From the NCBI RefSeq assembly GCF_037113525.1, contig NZ_CP146963.1, positions 2,553,052 through 2,585,051 of the forward strand: a DNA stretch of 32,000 nt. Direction: 5' to 3'. Source of the DNA: Butyrivibrio fibrisolvens. GTDB taxonomy: Bacteria; Bacillota; Clostridia; Lachnospirales; Lachnospiraceae. Of this stretch, positions 25,078 through 31,931 are shown in pieces. The translations under genes were made by a program, and so were the position numbers. Within the stretch, counting starts at the first letter, position 1. Each line of letters starts with the position of its first letter. The notes beneath the pieces are model-generated. The model saw only the letters and a list, made by a program, of their open reading frames with translations. It had not been told where the DNA came from and ran no database searches.

Positions 25078-25190
25078 CATGACTTTTTGTCACTTCGTTC
25101 CAAAAGTCATGTAAATAGGCCAATTGAGAACACCTTCGGTGTTAGGCCTATTTACCTACCGATTCATTTTCTTACGAAATCCGCAGTAAA
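25078..25190. repeat. Three consecutive unrelated hairpins between the membrane-protein gene and the DUF4230 gene
   Basis: First: CATGACTTTT/AAAAGTCATG (25078-25111). Second, nested: TAAATAGGCC..AACACC-TTC-GGTGTT..GGCCTATTTA (25112-25154). Third: GAAATCCGCA-GTAAA-TGCGGATTTC (25166-25190). None is followed by a clear U-tract. Confidence 0.6.
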
Positions 25191-25259
25191 TGCGGATTTC
25201 TGATTCAAAGTTGCGAAAACATATTCTTTAATAAAGTTAACCCGGATAAGAGTCCCTTA

Positions 25260-26165
25260 TTAACTCTTCATCTCTTTATTCTCGGTAAAATCATTGTTAT
25301 CTTCTTTTGTTTTTTCCCTCAAAAAGAAATCTCCACGACTTCTAAAGCTTTCTAACTGGAGCATCTGGTTTAGTATCCAAAAGAGTATAAGGAAAGTCAA
25401 AACAGGAATAACACAGTAAGCAACTGCAAGTATCGCGATAGAATTTACGAACTTACCGACAATTCCTTTGTAATAGTTAAACAGATCCTGAACGCCTCCT
25501 ATTGCCGTGTTAAAAAGCTCGGATATTCTTTCATAAAAACTCTTGTCTTCAGATGCATTTTCGGACATGCCTTCCACTTTGTCCGCCCCATCTTCTGCCA
25601 GGGTTATCGCATCATTCACATATGACATGGAACCTGAGCACAGACGATTTGATATGGCAGTTCCACAAGGCACCACCAGGATAAGCACAAGCGAAAGGGC
25701 AAAAATCTTCAAAGACAGCTTTATAGCAATCTTCTTTACCCACTTCGTGGTGGCAATAAGATATATTATCAGTAATAAAAATGCTATTGGGAGTAAATAT
25801 TTGAATATGATCGGTATGCCTTTAGTTACCAGAAGATTCTCAAAATAGATCATCCCTAGCATAAACACCAGATATTTATTCATATCCGCCAGAGAATCCG
25901 CAAGCGGAGTCCCCCAGTCATCTGGAAGTAGCGTTATCGCAAACGAAAGCGCGATCGTAGCACCCGTGACCTTCATAACTACCGTCTTAGATTCATCAAG
26001 CGTTTCAACTGATCTTGAAAAAACAGGAAGATCTGCAACCTTAGCAGAAGCAACCGATCCCGAAAGCGTAGCCAACAATATAAGAAGCGCTATAAGACAC
26101 TTATGCTTAATTATTTCCGCACAAATCTTTTTAAGTTCTAAAACAACCTTATCCACAGCTCCCAT
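25260..26165 (-). CDS. Hypothetical polytopic membrane protein (about 6 TM segments)
   Basis: 301 aa. ATG at 26165 with a GGGGAGGGAG RBS. Hydrophobic segments include LIALLILLATLSG, GATIALSFAITLL, LLPIAFLLLIIYLIA, IFALSLVLILVVP and IAILAVAYCVIPVLTFLILFWIL. An acidic soluble loop is also present. No family recognised. Confidence 0.6.
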   Translation of the reverse strand: MGAVDKVVLELKKICAEIIKHKCLIALLILLATLSGSVASAKVADLPVFSRSVETLDESKTVVMKVTGATIALSFAITLLPDDWGTPLADSLADMNKYLVFMLGMIYFENLLVTKGIPIIFKYLLPIAFLLLIIYLIATTKWVKKIAIKLSLKIFALSLVLILVVPCGTAISNRLCSGSMSYVNDAITLAEDGADKVEGMSENASEDKSFYERISELFNTAIGGVQDLFNYYKGIVGKFVNSIAILAVAYCVIPVLTFLILFWILNQMLQLESFRSRGDFFLREKTKEDNNDFTENKEMKS

Positions 26166-26218
26166 AGCCAGTTCTCCCTCCCCATATTCCTCAAATTTTC
26201 ATACTAATCTTTTGGGAA

Positions 26219-26245
26219 ATTATATCAATACCAAGTGTTAGTAAA
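26219..26245 (-). promoter_or_regulatory. Candidate extended -10 promoter for the 301-aa membrane-protein gene
   Basis: Minus strand TGATATAAT (26227-26219), with a weak TTTACT -35 box 15 nt upstream. About 50 nt upstream of the ATG. Confidence 0.4.
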
Positions 26246-26265
26246 CTTTATCAAATATATATACT

Positions 26266-26439
26266 CTATACCTTTAATATTCCTGAAAATACGTAAATCA
26301 TACATTCCCACCCTTTACGCCTCAAATTCTTCATCCATATTGTACCCTCTATACCTTTAACCTCCCGAACTTCTCACAACTATCCTCATCTCTGCTTTTC
26401 TCGCCTGAGCTTTCTCACCCCAAACGCACGCTATACCTA
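26266..26439. repeat. Degenerate tandem repeat of about 83 bp marked by CTATACCT(TTAA), 2.5 copies
   Basis: CTATACCTTTAA occurs at 26266 and 26349, and CTATACCTAGAA at 26431 (spacing 83 and 82 bp). Copies 1 and 3 continue with ATTCCTG. The plus strand is visibly G-poor from about 26280 to 26430. Confidence 0.55.
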
Positions 26440-26722
26440 GAAGATTCCTGCGGGTGGCAGTTAACAAATGGTTTTGGGGTCATTGAAAATTTTATAGAAT
26501 TCAAGAGCTTGATAGATGGAATTATATATTCTCGCTTGGGATTCATTGTTTGAACGAAGCGAGTTTATGAATCCCAGAATATATAATGCCAGATATCATG
26601 CCTAGTTACAGGACGTAACTAGACATGTTTAGAAATACATGGATGTATTTCTATGTCGGTGAATTCCATAAAATTTTCACGCCCCCAAAACCATTTGTTA
26701 ACTGCCACCCGCAGGAATCTTC
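26440..26722. mobile_element. MITE-like composite element: 283 bp with inverted-repeat arms of about 62 nt (40-bp perfect core) enclosing three hairpins
   Basis: GAAGATTCCTGCGGGTGGCAGTTAACAAATGGTTTTGGGG (26440-26479) is the exact reverse complement of 26683-26722. The arms continue with TGAAAATTTTAT.GAATTC. The interior holds a hairpin at 26521-26587 (ATTATATATTCT..GGGATTCAT / ATGAATCCC AGAATATATAAT). It also holds one copy of the two-hairpin A-B module at 26602-26657. The element starts 14 nt after the ylxF-like stop. Confidence 0.65.
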
Positions 26723-26735
26723 ACCCCTCGAGCGT

Positions 26736-27662
26736 TTACGTCCCCGCCGCGTTGTCGCCTGGTAGTCCCGGAAGTCCTTCAGGTTCAAGAAGTTCCGTTA
26801 CTTTCTCTGCTACATCCGTGTCGAGTTTGCCCATGATCTTAGCCCTGTCATCACTTCCCATCTGCTGAAGTATTCTTGCAACAAGGGTTATATTGGACAT
26901 GTTGTTAAAGATAGCCGCTGCTTCCTTTGGTTTCATGGCAGAGAAAGTCGCAGCGTAGACTTTAACTTCTTCATCGGAAACTTCACTTGCTGCTATCTCT
27001 TCATAGATCTTTGCAGCTTCTTCAGGATCTATCATTGCGTAGTAGGATGCGTAGGCGCTGGCATCGGGGGCATTGTCGTTGTAGACTATGTCCTGATAGA
27101 ACTGCTGTCTTTGCTTGTCGAATTCAGCCTGTTCTTCTTCGAAGGGTTCAAGTCTTGCCACCTCTGCGTTAAGCTTGTCTATAGTTGCGGACAAAGAAGC
27201 ATTAAGCGCAAGCTGATTAGACAGTTCTCTTTCAAGAGATGCTACATAATCAGAATTATCAACAAGAACCTCTTCTGAATTTTCTTCACTATTCATCTGA
27301 GTAATCTGTGCATTTGGAAGAAGGTTCCTTATATAAGGCACGTTCTTGAGTGCAGGCGTTAATGTATCACCAAGTCCTAAGATATTGAACTTGATCATTA
27401 TGGCCATAAGGAGCATCCACACAAGTATTATCAAAAGGATCAGAAGAAAAGATCCAAGGCCACCATGGATATCTCCATTAAGCTCAGCTTCCGCCTCTTC
27501 CATTTCTTTTGCACGAAGTCTCGCTTCTTTAGCTGCAGCTTTCTGGTCAGAACGTAGCTGCTTTCTATCGGCTTTAAGTTGTTTCATTGCCTCCTTAGGA
27601 TCATCGGGCAATGTGTAAGCTGGTCTTTCGGGCTCTTTTTCTTTTTTCTTCTTATCAGCCAT
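26736..27662 (-). CDS. ylxF: YlxF-like flagellar operon protein with an MgtE-N-type C-terminal domain and one TM helix
   Basis: Occupies the conserved slot between fliJ and fliK. Lys/Glu-rich N-terminus, TM segment (LGSFLLILLIILVWMLLMAIMI), and an MgtE_N-like end (MKPKEAAAIFNNMSNITLVARILQQMGSDDRAKIMGKLDTDVAEKV). Preferred start is the ATG at 27662 (MADKKKKEKE) with a GGAAAGGA RBS. The 17 extra residues in the track (start 27713) are read through the intergenic repeat. Confidence 0.72.
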   Translation of the reverse strand: MADKKKKEKEPERPAYTLPDDPKEAMKQLKADRKQLRSDQKAAAKEARLRAKEMEEAEAELNGDIHGGLGSFLLILLIILVWMLLMAIMIKFNILGLGDTLTPALKNVPYIRNLLPNAQITQMNSEENSEEVLVDNSDYVASLERELSNQLALNASLSATIDKLNAEVARLEPFEEEQAEFDKQRQQFYQDIVYNDNAPDASAYASYYAMIDPEEAAKIYEEIAASEVSDEEVKVYAATFSAMKPKEAAAIFNNMSNITLVARILQQMGSDDRAKIMGKLDTDVAEKVTELLEPEGLPGLPGDNAAGT

Positions 27663-27679
27663 ATGTCGATCCTTTCCTA

Positions 27680-27793
27680 GTACATAAAAATGCATCCATG
27701 CATTTTTAAACATGTACTAACTACATCCTGTAATTGGTACATAAAAATGCATCCATGCATTTTTAAACATGTACTAACTACATCCTGTAGTTG
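27680..27793 (-). repeat. Tandem 57-bp duplication (2 copies, 1 mismatch) of the two-hairpin A-B module
   Basis: 27680-27736 and 27737-27793 are identical except for A at 27733 versus G at 27790. Sense (minus) reading per unit: AACTACA-GGA-TGTAGTT, then GTACAT-GTTT-AAAAATGCAT-GG-ATGCATTTTT-ATGTAC. The pair fills nearly the whole fliJ to ylxF spacer. Confidence 0.9.
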
Positions 27794-27795
27794 TT

Positions 27796-28251
27796 CTACC
27801 TGCTCTTATTGATCTTCTGTCCGTAGGTAAAGCTGGTTCTCTGGTCGCTTTCCTTGAACTCTGCATCTTTTTCTTCCTGAAGATACTCCTGGAAGGCTCT
27901 TTCTCTCAGAGTCTCCTGCATCTTGCGCTCCTGCATGTCCTTGGACAATTTAAGTCTTGCTTCATCTACTATCTTTTCAGCCTGTTCTATATTCAGTTTC
28001 TGGTCCTCAATTTGAGCTTTTACGTTTTCAACAGCATTTCTGTTAAACAAAATTTCCTGCACATCAAGGACGTTTGCCTGAAGCTCTTCTCCCTGAAGCA
28101 TGTAGTCTTCAAGACGCTTTTGGAGGCGGTCCATCTTGTCGAGTTCTTCGTTAAGACGCATCTGAGCAGCACCAAACTCCATTCTGGACTGGTTTTCTGT
28201 CTTGATCTTTAAATTCAGGACACTCTGCATACTATAAACGAACTTTGCCAA
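27796..28251 (-). CDS. fliJ: Flagellar export chaperone FliJ
   Basis: 151-aa coiled-coil protein (FVYSMQSVLNLK...EFGAAQMRLNEE) directly after fliI. TTG start with a GGAGG RBS 6 nt upstream. Confidence 0.72.
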   Translation of the reverse strand: MAKFVYSMQSVLNLKIKTENQSRMEFGAAQMRLNEELDKMDRLQKRLEDYMLQGEELQANVLDVQEILFNRNAVENVKAQIEDQKLNIEQAEKIVDEARLKLSKDMQERKMQETLRERAFQEYLQEEKDAEFKESDQRTSFTYGQKINKSR

Positions 28252-28362
28252 TATAACCTCCAGGCCACATGATCATATTTTTTCTAATTATCAAAAAAGG
28301 ATGATCAAAACCGCAAAACATAACTCCAAATTCTCAAACAAAGATCTTTCCAACACCTAATA

Positions 28363-29739
28363 TTATTCTGTCTTTTTAGGTTCATCTGGGAAAAGAGTTT
28401 CCAGCTGATCAATTATTTCTTCAAATGAAAACTTCTCATCCGTTGACTGAAGCAGAAAATCATTGACTGCATCTATCTTATCGATCGCATAGTCTATATT
28501 CTTGTTGGCACCCTTTCTGTATGCTCCGATGTTTATAAGATCTTCCGCATCATTATAAGTTGCCATTACGTTCTTAAATCTTCCTGCAGAACGCTTCTGA
28601 GCGGGAGACGCTATAGCAGACATACATCTTGAGATGCTTTGAAGTACATCAATCGCAGGATAATGATTCTTTTGCGCAAGCTTTCTGTTAAGGACAATAT
28701 GTCCATCCAGAATAGATCTTGCTGTATCTGTGATAGGCTCATTAAAGTCATCACCATCTACAAGAACTGTATAAAGGCCCGTTATAGACCCTTTTTGAGA
28801 TTTACCGGCTCTTTCAAGTAGCTTCGGCATTTCAGCATATACAGACGGTGGATATCCTCTTGATACAGGTGGCTCACCGCTTGCCAGGCCTATTTCTCTT
28901 TGAGCCATGGAAAAACGGGTTAAGGAGTCCATCATAAGAAGTACGTCTTTACCCTGATCTCTGAAATACTCTGCAATTGAGGTTGCAGTCTTAGCCGCCT
29001 TTACACGTTCAAGAGCAGGCTTATCAGAAGTTGCGACTACAACAACTGACCTTTGAACACCTTCTTCTCCAAGGTCTCTTTCTATGAACTCGCGAACCTC
29101 TCTTCCACGCTCTCCAATAAGAGCTATTACGTTGATGTCAGCTTTGGTGTTACGAGCAAACATTCCAAGGAGCGTTGACTTACCAACACCGGAACCTGCG
29201 AAAATACCTATACGCTGGCCTTTACCGACTGTGAGAAGCCCATCAACTGCCTTGACTCCCAGAGACAATACTTCTGATATAGGGTCTCTGGTCATAGGAT
29301 CCGGAGGCTGATTCTCTACTGAATATGAGATTCCGTTTTCAAGAACATGCCCCTGACCATAGCTGGTTCCGTCAATTCGGCCAAGTCCGTCAAGAGTTTG
29401 ACCAAGGAGGCCGTCGCCAACATTTACCCTAAGGGGAGACTCAGTATTTTCAACTATAGAACCGCTACCTATACCACTTGTATTCTCATAAGGCATCAGC
29501 TGGACTCGTCCGTTAGAAAAACCTACAACTTCAGCCATAGTAGGCTTTCCGGAGTATTTAACAGGAGACTCATCTCCCTTTTGCTTGGGATAGATATAGC
29601 AAATATCGCCCATCTTGGCATCGGGTCCTGCTGACTCGATGGTAAGACCGACGATATTTATTACCTTTCCTCTTGTACGATAAAAGGTCTGCGCTTCAAG
29701 CTTTCTATATCTACTAAAATCAATAAGTCCACTTGACAT
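28363..29739 (-). CDS. fliI: Flagellum-specific ATPase FliI
   Basis: 458 aa. Walker A GIFAGSGVGKSTLLGM, Walker B VLLMMDSLTRFA-type (VLLMMDSLTRFSMAQREI), and F1/T3SS ATPase C-terminal motifs. Confidence 0.95.
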   Translation of the reverse strand: MSSGLIDFSRYRKLEAQTFYRTRGKVINIVGLTIESAGPDAKMGDICYIYPKQKGDESPVKYSGKPTMAEVVGFSNGRVQLMPYENTSGIGSGSIVENTESPLRVNVGDGLLGQTLDGLGRIDGTSYGQGHVLENGISYSVENQPPDPMTRDPISEVLSLGVKAVDGLLTVGKGQRIGIFAGSGVGKSTLLGMFARNTKADINVIALIGERGREVREFIERDLGEEGVQRSVVVVATSDKPALERVKAAKTATSIAEYFRDQGKDVLLMMDSLTRFSMAQREIGLASGEPPVSRGYPPSVYAEMPKLLERAGKSQKGSITGLYTVLVDGDDFNEPITDTARSILDGHIVLNRKLAQKNHYPAIDVLQSISRCMSAIASPAQKRSAGRFKNVMATYNDAEDLINIGAYRKGANKNIDYAIDKIDAVNDFLLQSTDEKFSFEEIIDQLETLFPDEPKKTE

Positions 29740-29843
29740 TATTCGCTGCTCCTATAAGATCTGGATTTTAAATTAGTATTTTAACTACCAAAGATGTTAT
29801 TTATATCCAAATAATATTCTTCGACCATTTCCAATAGTATCTA

Positions 29844-30875
29844 CTATTTTCTTCTATCAAACGAAAGAAGTTTTATCTTTCTTCCAAGTTCTTCTAACTC
29901 AACTCCTACGCTGCAGTCAAAGATTCCTCCATCTGTTTCGATGATGCACTCATTTTCTTTAAGCGTTGGATCTTCAACAAGCTCAAGTACTGTGTCAGGA
30001 CTTACAACGTTTTGCATAAGCTGCTCTTTGGCATCCGTTATCATGTCATAGTCATCAGGCGAAATGTGTATAAGAAGGCTTCCGCTTGACTCTATTCTTG
30101 AAAGAGCTGTCTGGAGTAGATGAAGGATTATCTCCTTATCGTCTTTAAAAGATACATTGAACACATGCTCATAAATCCTTGTCAGTGTATCAACCATTTC
30201 AGGCTCAACCGACTGGGTCATGCGCTCGTATCTTGCCTCAAGCTCTTTTTCTTTTTTCTGAATAGTCTTTTCTACCTTATCCTCGGACTTGGCCATGCCT
30301 TCCTGAAAGCCTTCATCATAACCCTGGCGGTGTCCTTCTTCTCTCGCCTGATTCAGGATCTGATCAGCCTGCATTCTTGCATCTGCAACTATCTGATTAG
30401 CCTGAACCTGGGCATCGTTTAAGATCTGATCTATATCTTTTTGAATATTAGGCGGCATTTCATTAGGACCCCCGCCATAACCCTGGCCTCCATCATAAGA
30501 TCCAGCCCCATAGGCCTCACCTGGTCCGCCATAATCCTGACCACCGGTTCCGCCCTGCATAGCACCGTCTTCGCCATCAAAATCAGACAGACTCATCTCA
30601 GAGGGCATACCGTCCATTCCATCCATGCCCTCCTGATCTTCCATCAGTCTGTCAATCGGTTCAGCAGGAATCCCTTCGTTAAAAGAGGGTTCGTACATGT
30701 CATCCATTCCATCCATGCCGTCTTCACCCTGCATCTGGGCACTTTGCCTTGCACGGCGCCGCATCTCTTCCTCATAAGACTCCTGAATCTTGATATCAGA
30801 CAGCTCATTATTATCGATGATTCTTGCATCTTCACTATCAAGAGTTACCCACATGCCTTTAACAAGATTAGACAA
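29844..30875 (-). CDS. fliH: Flagellar assembly protein FliH with a Gly/Asp/Met low-complexity insertion
   Basis: 343 aa. The C-terminal FliH/NtpE-like region is present (ADARMQADQILNQAREEGHRQGYDEGFQEG ... LIHISPDDYDMI....ECIIETDGGIFDCSVGVELEEL). TTG start at 30875 overlaps the end of fliG. An alternative ATG lies at 30854. Confidence 0.8.
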   Translation of the reverse strand: MSNLVKGMWVTLDSEDARIIDNNELSDIKIQESYEEEMRRRARQSAQMQGEDGMDGMDDMYEPSFNEGIPAEPIDRLMEDQEGMDGMDGMPSEMSLSDFDGEDGAMQGGTGGQDYGGPGEAYGAGSYDGGQGYGGGPNEMPPNIQKDIDQILNDAQVQANQIVADARMQADQILNQAREEGHRQGYDEGFQEGMAKSEDKVEKTIQKKEKELEARYERMTQSVEPEMVDTLTRIYEHVFNVSFKDDKEIILHLLQTALSRIESSGSLLIHISPDDYDMITDAKEQLMQNVVSPDTVLELVEDPTLKENECIIETDGGIFDCSVGVELEELGRKIKLLSFDRRK

Positions 30876-31917
30876 CTATATCATCACCTCCGCCCCTGGA
30901 GATTACGATCTCGCCGGAATCTTCAAGCTTTCTGATAATGTTAACGATCTTCTGCTGAGCTTCTTCAACATCCTTCATACGAACAGGTCCCATGAAATCC
31001 ATATCTTCCTTGATCATAACTGCAAGACGCTTTGAAAGGTTGTTGAATATTGCAGTCTGTACCTGCTCATTAGCACCTTTACATGCAAGGGACAAATCTG
31101 AGTTATCAACATCACGAAGTACCCTCTGGATAGAACGATCATCCAGCATAAGGATATCTTCGAATACGAACATCTTCTTACGGATTTCATCAGCAAGCTC
31201 GGGCTCTTCGATTTCCAGAGTCTCCATGATATGCTTTTCTGTCTGACGATCAACTGTATTGAGGATCTCAACAACAGCATCGACACCGCCGATGATAGTG
31301 TAATCCTGGTTAACAAGAGACGATAGCTTGGTCTCAAGTACTTTTTCTACATCCTTGATAGTATCAGGGCTCGTTCTATCCATAGTTGCTATCCTCTTGG
31401 CAACATCTGCCTGTCTGTCAGGAGTAAGGGCACCCAGAATCTGCGAGCTTTGAGCAGGTGACATGTAAGACAAAATAAGTGCGATCGTCTGAGGATGCTC
31501 ATCCTGTATGAAAGTAAGTATCTGTGAAGGGTCAGTCTTTCTGATAAATTCGAAAGGCTTAACCTGCAAGGATGCAGTAAGTTTACTGATAACATCCATT
31601 GCCTTGTCTTCACCAAGAGCTTTTTCAAGAAGCTCTTTGGCATATGTGATACCGCCTTCAGCAATGTACTGCTGGGCAAGACATACGCCATAGAAATCAT
31701 TGATAACAGCCTCTTTTATCTCAGAACTTACAGACCTTGTGTTGGCTATCTCAAGAGTAAGCTCCTCGATTTCCTCCTCTTTCAGGTACTTGAAGATAAG
31801 CGACGACTTCTCCGGTCCAAGTGCGATGAGAAGGATCGCTGCCTTCTGCGTACCCGACAGGTTTTCTGTTAAATTCACCGTTGGCGTAAAGCCTTCCATT
31901 AAGCCTTCTTCTGACAT
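30868..31917 (-). CDS. fliG: Flagellar motor switch protein FliG
   Basis: 349 aa. LSGTQKAAILLIALGPEKSSLIFKYLKEEEIEELT N-terminus, the EHPQTIALIL motif and a C-terminal torque helix region. Confidence 0.95.
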   Translation of the reverse strand: MSEEGLMEGFTPTVNLTENLSGTQKAAILLIALGPEKSSLIFKYLKEEEIEELTLEIANTRSVSSEIKEAVINDFYGVCLAQQYIAEGGITYAKELLEKALGEDKAMDVISKLTASLQVKPFEFIRKTDPSQILTFIQDEHPQTIALILSYMSPAQSSQILGALTPDRQADVAKRIATMDRTSPDTIKDVEKVLETKLSSLVNQDYTIIGGVDAVVEILNTVDRQTEKHIMETLEIEEPELADEIRKKMFVFEDILMLDDRSIQRVLRDVDNSDLSLACKGANEQVQTAIFNNLSKRLAVMIKEDMDFMGPVRMKDVEEAQQKIVNIIRKLEDSGEIVISRGGGDDIVV

Positions 31918-31931
31918 ACTTTTTCTCCCAT

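Noticed and set aside
26266-26439. Possibility that the CTATACCT repeats are a small CRISPR array
   Set aside because: There are only three copies of a 12-21 nt motif at 83-bp spacing. The spacer-like parts are related to each other, and no cas genes are present. This does not fit CRISPR architecture.
26653-26868. 71-aa plus-strand ORF spanning the right arm of the inverted-repeat element and the end of ylxF
   Set aside because: It is antisense to the ylxF-like C-terminus, Ser/Pro-rich, and has no RBS.
27663-27713. 17 extra N-terminal residues (MFKNAWMHFYVLGKDRH) of the ylxF-like ORF as given in the track
   Set aside because: They are encoded by the first copy of the 57-bp repeat and have no RBS. 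The ATG at 27662 has a GGAAAGGA RBS and begins the Lys/Glu-rich N-terminus typical of this family.
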